A stretch of DNA of 59,656 bases, filler included, from Sanchytrium tribonematis (lineage: Eukaryota), in the NCBI GenBank assembly GCA_018985235.1. It is 5 parts of 5 records of this genome, joined end to end, with 100 filler letters (N's around TTAATTAATTAA, not from the genome) between each part and the next. Parts side by side here need not be neighbours in the genome. Positions count along the whole stretch, not along the records: positions 6,961 to 38,812 come from JADGIG010000047.1; 4 more parts are not named here. One strand, given 5' to 3'. Positions 12,401 through 23,230 of the stretch are shown here, piece after piece. The notes below the pieces were generated by a model. It had not been told where the DNA came from, searched no databases, and saw only the letters and a program-made list of their open reading frames with translations. The translations under genes and the position numbers were made by a program. Within the stretch, counting starts at the first letter, position 1; each line of letters starts with the position of its first letter.

Positions 12401-13025
12401 TCAATTAATATGCGATTTAGATGACGTTAAGCAGTACGTCTATATTACATTTGCATCAATTCATATCATCATATCAATAATTAATGGTCTTTTATTTTGG
12501 ACTAGCAGATATATGTCTGAGCCAAAAGTGATGGTCGTTATTTCATTCACTTTACCAATTTCCTTGGTGCTGAAAGTAGTTCAATATCAGAGTGGGATTC
12601 TTTCCCAATTTATTTATCTCATGTGTAATTTGCTGGTTTCCATTTCAGTGCTAATTTTTTTCAGCTACAGGTTACACAAGATTTATTATCGAGAATGCAG
12701 AAGTGCATTTGAAAATCACTTTAATTACTCGAACCTTGAAAAGAGCAGTGTGAAGCTTAGTGGTGTGCTACCTTTAAAAAAGTCAAATGGTTTTAAGTGG
12801 AGGCAGTCCCTTATTGAGCTAGTGACAAATCATAATTACCTCGTCATATCTATGGGAGATAAAATGGTTATGTACAAAGATTTCAAAATTATGAGTTTGG
12901 ATGGAAAAACTACTGAGACAAACTGTTTTGAGATATCCACAAGAAAGTCAAAGTATCTCTGTCAGTGCGAGTCAAAAGAAGAGTTGGACATATGGATTAA
13001 TGAGTACCTCAAAATCTCAAATTAA
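9410..13025 (+). CDS. Beta-helix + EGF + 7TM (class C GPCR-like) + PH-like domain receptor; exons 9410-11552 and 11572-13025
   Basis: GGALY/RGGAIY repeats; splicing restores CVKKICEQGCLHGTCLGNNNCKC; seven hydrophobic segments; C-terminal CFEI...CESKEELDIWI. Confidence 0.8.
11553..11571 (+). other. 19-nt intron GTTTTTTATGCTAATGTAG
   Basis: GT-AG, CTAAT branch; joins two ORFs into an intact EGF domain. Confidence 0.9.
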
Positions 13026-13117
13026 ATGTTTCGATAATTCTGCGAGGCTTCTTTCTTGAAGGCAACCAAAAGAAATAAATATAAAGCGATCGTGTTTCAA
13101 ATTTAGGTCTATTTGTA

Positions 13118-16100
13118 ATGAGTCGCTTAGCGTTGGAAAGAGCTCATTTAGATAGTCCAGAAATAAGACAGCAGTTATCGGATGGGCATGATAGAATCAA
13201 ACAACTAAATGGTATTGCTACCAAGCTGAACAATTTAGTCAAGGGTGTAACAAACCACATCGAAGAACTGGGTAACCAATTAACCGAATTCTCTTATGAA
13301 TTGACTGATTTGTTGAATTTTGAGCGAGAAAATTGGTTCACTATGGAGGAAAGAATTTCAACTCCTACCATGTCTGCCAAAAAGGTGACCAATCGTGGTA
13401 ATAAAACCAGTAATGGTGGAAATGCTGTAGATTTATTGTTTAATACGATTTCTAGAATGAATCAATGTGCGCGAAGTATTCAAGATCAAAAAACTAATGT
13501 CGAGAAAATTAGAGACGATATAATTGCACCTTTAAATTCCTTTAGCTCCCAGGTAGAGCAACTAGAGCATGTCAAAGCTCAGGTTGAAATCAATAGGCAG
13601 AATTATGAAATCCAACTTGACAAATTCTGTGGACTTTCAAAAAAAAAAGAAGAGAAAAAAACAATGCACAAAGATCAACTTATCAAAATCACAAATGCCC
13701 AGAACGACTACTTTTGTAGCATAATAGGGTATATGGGCAAGGTAAATATGATGAACCAAAAAGAGGGGCTTTTTTTACTTGCTAAGGGAAATACTTTCTT
13801 ATCTATATTAAGTCAATGGTCAAATCAATCATTCAACTACATTTCATCTGCTAGTCATTCTATCACTGATGTTTATGAGAAGTGTAATCAAGCAGATGCA
13901 GACCGGCCTGTGGATGATCTTGAGCTATTTGTCAATTTAAATTTGGCCAAGCTGCCAAAGTTTGAACAGGACGACATACAAAACGACTCTTTAATATTGA
14001 ATGATAGAGGTTATAAACACGGTTACTTGAGATTTCGTGCAAGAGGTCGAAAAGAATGGAAACGAAAATATTTTTATATTCAGAAACCAGAAGGTTTATT
14101 GATGTGTATTGAAACCGGTGAAAGCAGCATCATGGTCGCTGACATTAAAACATCTATGGTTCAACAAGCTGATATTGATGATAGATATAACACTTTTCAG
14201 ATAATCTGTCCCCCTCATTCTTTAATTGCTCTGCAAGCGGAGTCACAAAAAGATTTGAAAGAATGGATGAAAACTTTTAGGGCAATTCAGCTTAGTGATA
14301 CTGGTTTAGAAAAGCATGAGCTAAATGCAATCAGGGTCTCCACAGAATGGACAGCAGAGATTGAAGATATGTTATCTGCTGCATCAAACGTAGCATCAGT
14401 GATTCAGCAAAATTCTAATTTAGGAAGGAATTCATCGCTTTTGAGCAGAACAAATAAGCATATCGAGCAAGACCATATAAATAGTGTTCTAAAGGAAACC
14501 GAATTGATCAACATGAATGTAGGTTGCTGTGAAATCAAATCTCAAAAGTGGAAAGGGAAACTGGCGACCATATTGGCTTCGGGATACTTTAAACTTTGTA
14601 CACATCCTTCTGAGAAGAAAGAGGAACCAGCAATAATATTAAAGATATCCGATATTCCGATGGAGATGATTATACCAGTGCATCCAAGTCTTTTTGATAG
14701 AAAGCATGTGTTTTGCATCAAGTACGGTACGAAGATTTTTTATTTAAAATGTGATGATGTCGAAAAGTATATAAAATTAAATTATTGGCTAAAACACTTT
14801 TCCATCAAGCCATCCCCAATATTGATCGGGAGTGAGTTCATCCCAGTTAGGACATTACGTCACTTGGTGATAAAATTGATAGATGGGCGAAACTTTTTAA
14901 ACAGAGGAGATTTTTATTGTACAATTAGTATTGATAACATACTATTAGCAAGAACATCATTTATAGAAAACAATCTAGATCTTATCATAAGAGAAGAGTT
15001 TAAATTTGACGAATTTCCTGCTATTAATTTTGGGGTTACAATTTCAGCTTATGATACCACTAGATTTGCTAAAGACCAGAGATTTGGCCGAGTGTTTGTG
15101 AGAGCCTCAAAATTAAAGTCCGAAAAAGAAGAAGAAGACTATTACCAGTTGGTTTCAGGCGAAGACAAAGACGAGGATCTAGCAAGAGTATCTAATTTGG
15201 GTGAAATACACATTAAATGGAAATACCAAGAAATTAATGTATTACCCCTGTCAAAGTATAATCATTTACTATCTCTTATGAATTCATTTGATTATGAGCT
15301 TTTAAAAAGCCTTTACAAATCCGCATTTGATCTAGAACCACTCTCTCACAATTTGTTAATGCTATATATCTCTCAAAATAGAGAAATAGAATGGTTCATG
15401 TTTTTAATCGAATTTGAAACTAAATCAATAGGTTATTTTCACTCACTTAGATTCAAACACTCTTTTTCGTGGGAACTCATTATTGACAAAAGCACTGGAG
15501 ATTTATCTCAAAATAATATGCTTCGATTTTTTAGATAGTTGCGTTGGTGGATTTGTGAAAATGCTAATAGAGAATGACATATATTTAGAAGTAGATCCTT
15601 TAAGAGTTGAAAAGCAAGAAGTTTTGCAACACAATTGGAGCCAGCTAATTGGATTTACTGAGACGTTGTGGTTGAAACTATTTCAAACCAGGAAAGGTAT
15701 TCCTATGAAAGTTGTTTTATTGCTGCAATTCATAAGAGAAAAAGTTACGGAACAACTGAGTGAAGAAAATGCTAAATTTCTATCAGTTAGTGCATTTTTC
15801 TTTTTACGATTAATATGTCCCTCTTTACTTAGTCCTAAGTTATTTAATCTCACAAGGGTTCATCCTTCCCAAAATTGCCAAAGAACCTTGACATTGATAG
15901 CCAAATCGCTTCAATCTCTGGCTAATTTGAGCATTTTGGGTGCTAAAGAACAATACATGAATCCCATGAACACATTTATAGAATCAAAGTTTAATGACAT
16001 GAAGCAATTCTTAATAGACGTGTCGACTTGTGCCACACCAATTCGCCCACCAACTTTGAACATGAATGATGATATCCACACAATTGAATTAGAAAATCAC

Positions 16101-16202
16101 CTGGCTTATTTTCACCATTTTGTGATGAGCTCTGATAAGACTAATATTCATAAAGACCTGATTGCAATCTGCAATAGCATATCGAACTCAACAGAAGATT
16201 AA
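13118..16202 (+). CDS. Ras GTPase-activating protein (BAR-like, PH, PH, C2, RasGAP); exons 13118-15431 and 15451-16202
   Basis: Splicing restores arginine finger SNTLFRGNSLLTK; FFLRLICP motif; PH (KEWKRKYF...LKEWM) and C2 domains. Confidence 0.9.
15432..15450 (+). other. 19-nt intron GTTATTTTCACTCACTTAG
   Basis: Removal restores the LFRGNS RasGAP motif in frame. Confidence 0.93.
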
Positions 16203-16233
16203 TAAACAATTTGATTTAAACTTGAAACATTGA

Positions 16234-17064
16234 ATGAAAGCAATTTCATTAAATCAATTTCCTCAGAATGTTAAATACAATATTAAAAGATATCTAGAAT
16301 TTTGCGAAAACAATCATATCAGCGACAACCTACCATATGAAGATGCAGTAAAAAACGTAATAAAGTTTTTTGAGCTGGAGCTGAAAAATGGGATCGGAAT
16401 TGGAACTATTAATGCACGAAAGTGCGGTATACTCAAGTACTACAACGCTTTGAGAGTCGATGAGAACCCTGCCAAAAGTGAGAAATGTAATCAGTGGCTA
16501 ATTGAACATGGGTTAAGGGAATACAATCGAGGTAAATTTAGGAAATCTGAAAAGCCGAGTCGGACTAATAGCGCAATAGAAATTAAAGAGCGAAATGATA
16601 GTCATCTAGATCTCGTTGACATATGTGAAGAGAACAACAGTGATAAGAATTCAGAAATATTAGAAGATAATTACCATTTAGGATTGTGTAATGTGAGCGT
16701 TGGTGAAAGTCGGTTTGAAAAGGCTCAGAAACTTCTAAATTTCGACCCTTTGCAGATATTGCAGGAAATGCAAGATATTTATTCGGACGAGATACATGGT
16801 TTAACTGAGAAATTGAAATTTTTCGAAGACAAAATGATACAGCAAGATAACTTGATAAACGAATACGAATTATCTATGAAGAATTTACTGCAGACTTTAG
16901 AAAATAAAGAGGCGGATCGAAATGGCAAGGAAAGAAGACTAAGATCAAAAATTAACGACCTTGAATTCAATATTGTGGAGCTTCAAAGAGAAATAAGATC
17001 CAAAAATTCAAAAATTGCAAAAACCAATTTAAATGATTTGCTTCCGCCGCTACGAAATAACTAA
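16234..17064 (+). CDS. Hypothetical protein: integrase core-binding (SAM-like) N-terminus plus coiled coil
   Basis: YLEFCE...VIKFF...GTINARKCGILKYY...ENPA pattern; heptad-rich C-terminus. Confidence 0.5.
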   Translation: MKAISLNQFPQNVKYNIKRYLEFCENNHISDNLPYEDAVKNVIKFFELELKNGIGIGTINARKCGILKYYNALRVDENPAKSEKCNQWLIEHGLREYNRGKFRKSEKPSRTNSAIEIKERNDSHLDLVDICEENNSDKNSEILEDNYHLGLCNVSVGESRFEKAQKLLNFDPLQILQEMQDIYSDEIHGLTEKLKFFEDKMIQQDNLINEYELSMKNLLQTLENKEADRNGKERRLRSKINDLEFNIVELQREIRSKNSKIAKTNLNDLLPPLRNN

Positions 17065-17135
17065 TTTGACAATGCACGTATATATCAAAATAAAAGTCGA
17101 TCGTACTTAAACGTTTCAATTTTCTCCTATTCCAA

Positions 17136-17762
17136 ATGGAGAAAATATCAGAAGATCTGCATGTTCATAAGGTCTACAATCAAATTGCTGGCCATTTTGA
17201 TACAACCAGATTTGCAGTCTGGCCAATCGTAAAGGTTTTCTTCGATTCCATAGATTCCTTCTCAATTGGATTTGATGCAGGTTGTGGAAATGGAAAGTAC
17301 ATGAAGTTGAGAAACGATATCTTTATATTAGGTGGTGACTCGAGCATGGAACTATTAAAAATTTGTAAAAAAAAGACCTTTGAGGTCTTTCATTTGAATT
17401 TGATATCAATTCCAATCCGTCAAGTAGATTTTGTTCTGTGCATTGCAGTCTTGCACCATTTATCTACTCAAGAAAGAAGGATTCAAGTTTTGAAAGAATT
17501 TTACAAAATCTTGAAACCACATGGTCGCTGTCTATTATTCGTTTGGGCCAAAGAGCAGCCTAAATTTAAGGACTCTATTGGGCAAGACATTATGGTCCCT
17601 TGGCACACAAAAGTTGGGAGCGAGATGAAAACATACAAGAGATACTATCACCTTTTCCTTAAGGGAGAATTGGAGTCTTTGGTTTCTCAGATTGGTTTTA
17701 CAATTATTAATAACGGTTACGACAAAGGAAATTGGTACGTTGAAATTTCTAAACCGTCTTAG
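17136..17762 (+). CDS. TRM9: tRNA wobble uridine methyltransferase Trm9/ALKBH8-like
   Basis: HVHKVYNQIAGHF, DAGCGNGKY, IAVLHHLST, RYYHLF. Confidence 0.92.
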   Translation: MEKISEDLHVHKVYNQIAGHFDTTRFAVWPIVKVFFDSIDSFSIGFDAGCGNGKYMKLRNDIFILGGDSSMELLKICKKKTFEVFHLNLISIPIRQVDFVLCIAVLHHLSTQERRIQVLKEFYKILKPHGRCLLFVWAKEQPKFKDSIGQDIMVPWHTKVGSEMKTYKRYYHLFLKGELESLVSQIGFTIINNGYDKGNWYVEISKPS

Positions 17763-17856
17763 TCAATCTTTTTCCTGACTGCAATTATTTGAATAAAATA
17801 ATGTATAATTAGTTTGAAAATAATACAAATACGGGGAAATTGAAAACAAACATCAA

Positions 17857-18720
17857 ATGCAAAATCAGAATGGACTTATTGCAATCAAGCACCCTCAACG
17901 AAGCAAGACTATGTCAATATCGAAGCCAAATTATGTCAAAGTCAAAGTTTTAGGGATTGGCGCATTTGCAAAAGTAGAATTAGTGAGTAAAGATGGCCAA
18001 CAATTTGCCTTAAAATCAGGAGAGGTGCAGAACGAATATAATATACTTAAAAATATACATCATCCAAATATTGTCAAATGCGAACAGTATATACCTCTTG
18101 GAAATTCTGCTGGCTTATTACTTGAGTATGTAAAAGGAGGGGAACTTTTTTGTTTAATTGCTTTTCATTTTAATCTGATGAAGATCGAGTGGATCAATCG
18201 TATTATGACAGATTTGTGTGACGCTGTCTATTATCTTCATGACAATGGCATTGCCCATCGTGATATCAAATTGGAAAATATTTTGTTATACAGTAAAGTG
18301 GATGTTGATTCGAATCCACCAGTTTTTCCATTTTCAATCAAGCTTTGTGACTTTGGTCTGGCTACTTCTGAAGAGAGCAGTACCAAAAATTGTGGTTCAA
18401 AAGAATATGCTGCACCAGAGCTCATTCTACAGCAAGAATACGACCCGAAGCAGACTGACATGTGGTCGATTGGTGTTGTTTGGTATGCGTGTTGCTGTGG
18501 TCAACTACCTTTTGGTGATCAAAATACCCTAGCAAAACAATTTACAGGAAAAAAGAAAAAAATCGAATTTTTAATTACTGGAATATCTTATAGATTTACT
18601 GAATCTAATATTCTTAATGAAACAATGAAAATTGGAATCCAACACCTAATTTGTCATCGTGACAAAAGGTGGAACATTAATAGCTTGAAACTTTTTCTTT
18701 CTGAAAATAAAATTTTGTAA
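17857..18720 (+). CDS. Ser/Thr protein kinase (CAMK group)
   Basis: GIGAFA, ALK, HRDIKLEN, DFG, APE. Confidence 0.9.
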   Translation: MQNQNGLIAIKHPQRSKTMSISKPNYVKVKVLGIGAFAKVELVSKDGQQFALKSGEVQNEYNILKNIHHPNIVKCEQYIPLGNSAGLLLEYVKGGELFCLIAFHFNLMKIEWINRIMTDLCDAVYYLHDNGIAHRDIKLENILLYSKVDVDSNPPVFPFSIKLCDFGLATSEESSTKNCGSKEYAAPELILQQEYDPKQTDMWSIGVVWYACCCGQLPFGDQNTLAKQFTGKKKKIEFLITGISYRFTESNILNETMKIGIQHLICHRDKRWNINSLKLFLSENKIL

Positions 18721-18759
18721 ATTCTTGTTAATATGTTAACCCTAGTTTCATAACTTAAT

Positions 18760-21082
18760 ATGATTAACAACGTTTTACAGAATATATTGTCTGCAAATCG
18801 CGTCCTTATTGACAAAAAGCTTTACTGGCTAAATGGCGTTAAGGCTCCATTGGACTTCAAGGATCCACACTTTTTTGAGGCCAGAGAATTTCTTCGGAAA
18901 TTTGTTGGGTTACAGATAAAATTTGATGTTGTTTACGAAAAAGAAAAAAACATTTACATTGATTTGTACCTGCCAAAATCTGGGGAATTTGAATTGGTCA
19001 ACGCTTATCTTGTTAGACAGGGATTTTGTTCCGCAATTGGAAAAGGATATGAAAACGAGGAAAATTTGGCAAAAATTGAGAAACTCGGAATTCATGGAGG
19101 ATTTTCCGGTATTTCGCCTAAAGAAGAGATTCCGCCTGGTAATAATTTTAACGGAATGATAGAACGAGTTTTGCCCAAATCCGTTTTAATTAGGGCGATA
19201 ATTGACAATAAGCACTTTCTTTTTCAGGCCATGTGGTCTGGTGCAAATTTGAATGACAAAGCTCGAGATTTTTTGGAGTTTTTTCTAATTTTGAAAACAG
19301 TGAGCATTTCAGTTGACTCTAGAGAACCAGCCAGAGTTACGATCAATCACTCAAAGGGAAATGTGAATTTGATTTTAATTGAAAAGGGCCTGGCTACTCC
19401 GGACTTCAGAACTCCTTTAAAGTGGCTGCCTATTGATAAAAAAGACGCCAAAAGAGGCCTGAAATTAACAAAAATATTGCACGCACAAGCTTTTGAGATA
19501 TCTGGGGAATTATTTTATCTTAATGGCATAAGGATCCCTAAGGAAATAGATCAAATTGACGCACAAGATCTTCTACGACCCTTTATTAATCAGTCCTGCT
19601 CTTACACTGAGGAAAAAGTATTAACCATAAATGATCAAGTTAGAAGTTACGGTGTACTTTATATCGAATCGAGGAAAATTTTCCCAGCAAAATTATTGGT
19701 CGAGAAAGGTTTAGCAACAGTTTTTCGACCAAAAAAGGATGAGCAACCTACAAGCATCTATTCAGATTTATTAGAGCTCGAAAGCAAAGCTATTAAAGAT
19801 AAAGTGGGGATTCATAATCCAAATTATAAGCCGCAACCTTACATTGATGCAAATGAAAATTCTTCAAAAGCTAAGTCGTTTCTTGGCCAGCTTCAAAGAA
19901 GCGGTAAAATTCAGGCTGTGGTAGTATTTCAAATATCTCCGACAAAGTTAAAGTTGCGTTTGCCAAAAGAACGATTAGTCGTGATTGCAAGTTTAGCTGG
20001 AATAAGGACGCCATACTCTAAAGTTGGCAACGAGTACAATGCCATTAGCCAAGCAGCTGGTAAATTTGTTAGCAATGCATTAACAAAAGACATTACAATT
20101 GAAATAGAAGATATTGACAAGTCTAATGCATTTACCGTCAATCTTTGGGTACAAACAAATCTTCTTTCTCAGCAATTAGTGGAGTTAGGCTATGCTACTG
20201 TCACTTCAGAGTGTAAATATTATAATACAATTAAAGCAGCAGAGAATATTGCTTCTGCCAAAGGTATAGGACTATGGGCACTAGAGAAGAAGATCGAGGA
20301 CCATACCCCAAGATTGTGGAAAATTCAGATTGAAGGGATTAAATGTTGTGTGACAGAATATAATGGAGAGGGAGAAGGCTTCATTCAAATTGTAAACGAT
20401 GATATACATAAATTAGGTGAAATTACTAATATTTTAAATAACTCCACATTAAATACAGCAAGTACCCTTAATGGATTAGTAGCAGCTAGATCTGAAGATG
20501 GTAAATTTTATAGAGCCAAAGTTATAAAGAAACTAAATGAAAAGGCGCTGGTTCGATTTGTAGATTTTGGAAATGTACTTTTTAATAATATAGACCGAAA
20601 ATGTTCTTCTTTCTGATATCAAAATAATTCCCGAGGAGGTTCCAAAGATTCCCGAGCAAGCCAAGCCATTCAAGTTATCATTCGTAGATTTGCCTGCATT
20701 GCCTGATAGATATGGTGCAGAAAGTGGCAAGAAATTTTCCGAATATATTGGAAAAGATTTGGTAACTGCCAATGTTGATTCTATTCAAAATGGAGTGCAT
20801 AATCTTACGTTTTTCCCAAAAGAATTACCCAATGTTACAATTGACATAAGCACAAAAAAATATGCCGAGTCCATTGGAATGCAGTTCAAATTATCCGTCA
20901 ATGCGATGCTTGTATTTGATGGTCTAGCATACATGAATTCTTTTATATACAAGAAAAGTACATCGCTCGAGGGCTTAGCGGACAAGGAAGAAGAAATTGT
21001 AAAATGTCTAAGCTCTTATCAAGCTGAAGCTAGGAGAAAAAGAAAATTTCTTTGGGAGTTTGGGGACTTTTTGGAATATTAA
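18760..21082 (+). CDS. SND1: Tudor-staphylococcal nuclease (Tudor-SN); exons 18760-20574 and 20594-21082
   Basis: Repeated SN domains, Tudor DGKFYRAKV...FVDFGN-TE after splicing, terminal LWEFGD. Confidence 0.88.
20575..20593 (+). other. 19-nt intron GTACTTTTTAATAATATAG
   Basis: Removal gives the Tudor motif VDFGNTENV and joins the downstream ORF. Confidence 0.92.
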
Positions 21083-21225
21083 TAAATTCATTTTGATAAG
21101 TTCAACTTTTCAAGCACTTGCTTGGCTTTTTCTTGCTCTTTTTTAGCTTTTGATAACTTAATTTTAACATTGTTTAATATTGCCTGGTCCTCCATGGTTT
21201 CAAAGCAATTTTAATATAATGAAAT

Positions 21226-23040
21226 TTACTGATGAGCTACTCTGATGGTGATTCCATCAACCCCACAAAAATTGTGAGATCCTAGGAATGTTGTGTCTAA
21301 TGAAAATCTATGATCGCACGGCTGATACGATGTATTCCCTACCAAAATTCGATTCGTAAGAATTCTGGAGTCTGTACCACTTTTCAATTTTAATACATCC
21401 TGGAGTATTAAAGCACGATTTAAATCACCTCCTCTGGTGGTATTATCTGACCTTAAAGACCCATTCATTTCATTAAAATCTTCTGATTGCTCAATGCCAT
21501 AATCACATCCAGTTACAATACAATCTGTCTTTTTCATATCTTTTGTACAAGCATTTATAAATTGTTTCATTGCAACGAATTGTTTCTCTTTTGTGATTGA
21601 ATACTGTCGAAGTGTTCTTAGATCAAACGAGAAAACGTGTATATTTCTTTCCTCATTTAATTGAAGACGTGCATATAATCCAGCTTTAGACTGGAACTTG
21701 TCGCCCAAAAGCATAGTTTTCTTTAATGACATTGTGTTTTGGCTAATAATAGGGATTTTAGATACAATAGCTAACCCATGATCTGTTGATGACCAAACAG
21801 ACTTTGCGTTGGAACAAGCTACATAAAATCCTTTGGCTTTCAATGTCTGGGTCCACACATCGTTATCCTTTTGTTTGTGCGAGAGCATATGTTGCAAGAT
21901 AACTACTTCAAATGATGGAATCTGTTCCAAAAGAGCCTTTCTATACATCTCTAAGCAATCAGATGACACACTAGAAAAGTTGTAATTTACAATATTTGCA
22001 ATTTTTCTGTTTGATGTATCTGATGCCCTGGAATTAAAAGGTAATGTTGACAGCATTGATATTTGGTCTCTTGATGTTAAAACAGCAGCAGAGTCCATCA
22101 ATTCGTCTTTCGCTTTGAGCTGGGTATTTATAGTCTCAAGATCCATCATTCTCAAGCTTTTAGTTGATCTTCGAACTTCTTCTAAATCTTTTTTCATTGC
22201 CTCCATAGCCTCCGGAACATGTTCAGTAATGAATGGGTGACATAAGGCGTTGTGAATTGTCAAACGCCGTGACGAATCTACGACCAGACTTCGAGATACA
22301 AAATTTTTTGCCTGATTTGAAATATGATCCCAATATGGAGAATCGAACTCGAATTTTCCTTTCAAGATCTGGTTGAATAATTCTGCATTGTTTTCTTCGT
22401 AAAACGGTGGATATCCACAAAGTAAAATATAAGCAATCACTCCAATTGACCACATGTCAACTTCTTTCCTATATCCTTTTCGTCTTAGAACTTCCGGTGC
22501 AACGTACCCAGGTGTACCGCAAGCTGTTTTCATGAGCTGATCCTCATTAAATATCTTGGATAAGCCAAAATCACTTAGCATAATTCTAGAATTTTTGGAT
22601 TTATCATAATATAATAGATTTTCAGGTTTCAAATCACGATGGCAAATTCCAACGGAATGTAGATACTCTACGCCCTTGACAACTTGGTATATCAATTCGG
22701 CAGATTCTTTTTCTGTATATTTTCCTCTTTCAACAATTGAATCAAACAATTCACCACCTGTGACAAGTTCCATGACGAGGTAAATTTTATCTGACGTCTC
22801 AAACATATCATAGAGCTTAATGATATTTGGGTGTTCTACTTTCTTAAGTATCTCTATTTCTGATTGAATCATAGATTCTTTTCCTTTACATTTTGCTCTA
22901 TCGATAATTTTAATAGCAAATAATTGTTTTGTTTGCTTATGCATTGCTTTTTTAACCTCTGAGAAAGCACCTGTTCCTAATGTTTGAAGAAAATCATATT
23001 GGTCCAGTTGCCCAGAAAGGTTCAAATTTTCTCGACTCAT
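21226..23040 (-). CDS. CaMKI-type kinase fused to a degenerate EEP (sphingomyelinase/DNase I-like) domain
   Basis: GTGAFSEV, HRDLKPEN, TACGTPGYVAPE; C-terminal NYN...ILQH...GLAIVSKIPI...KAGLYA pattern. Confidence 0.85.
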   Translation of the reverse strand: MSRENLNLSGQLDQYDFLQTLGTGAFSEVKKAMHKQTKQLFAIKIIDRAKCKGKESMIQSEIEILKKVEHPNIIKLYDMFETSDKIYLVMELVTGGELFDSIVERGKYTEKESAELIYQVVKGVEYLHSVGICHRDLKPENLLYYDKSKNSRIMLSDFGLSKIFNEDQLMKTACGTPGYVAPEVLRRKGYRKEVDMWSIGVIAYILLCGYPPFYEENNAELFNQILKGKFEFDSPYWDHISNQAKNFVSRSLVVDSSRRLTIHNALCHPFITEHVPEAMEAMKKDLEEVRRSTKSLRMMDLETINTQLKAKDELMDSAAVLTSRDQISMLSTLPFNSRASDTSNRKIANIVNYNFSSVSSDCLEMYRKALLEQIPSFEVVILQHMLSHKQKDNDVWTQTLKAKGFYVACSNAKSVWSSTDHGLAIVSKIPIISQNTMSLKKTMLLGDKFQSKAGLYARLQLNEERNIHVFSFDLRTLRQYSITKEKQFVAMKQFINACTKDMKKTDCIVTGCDYGIEQSEDFNEMNGSLRSDNTTRGGDLNRALILQDVLKLKSGTDSRILTNRILVGNTSYQPCDHRFSLDTTFLGSHNFCGVDGITIRVAHQ

Positions 23041-23230
23041 TGAATGCTGAAAGTGCAAGCAATGGGCCGTTGAGAATTTATGTTAAAAATCAATTTCAAA
23101 CAGCGAATCGATAGATAGCATCAAAGCCACTTAATAAGCCATTATTCTTCGCGTTACCCAATTACTTATATTGGTGGCAAGTAATTCAAAGCTATTTATT
23201 AAAGATTTAAAAAAGAAAAGTGATTTTAAA

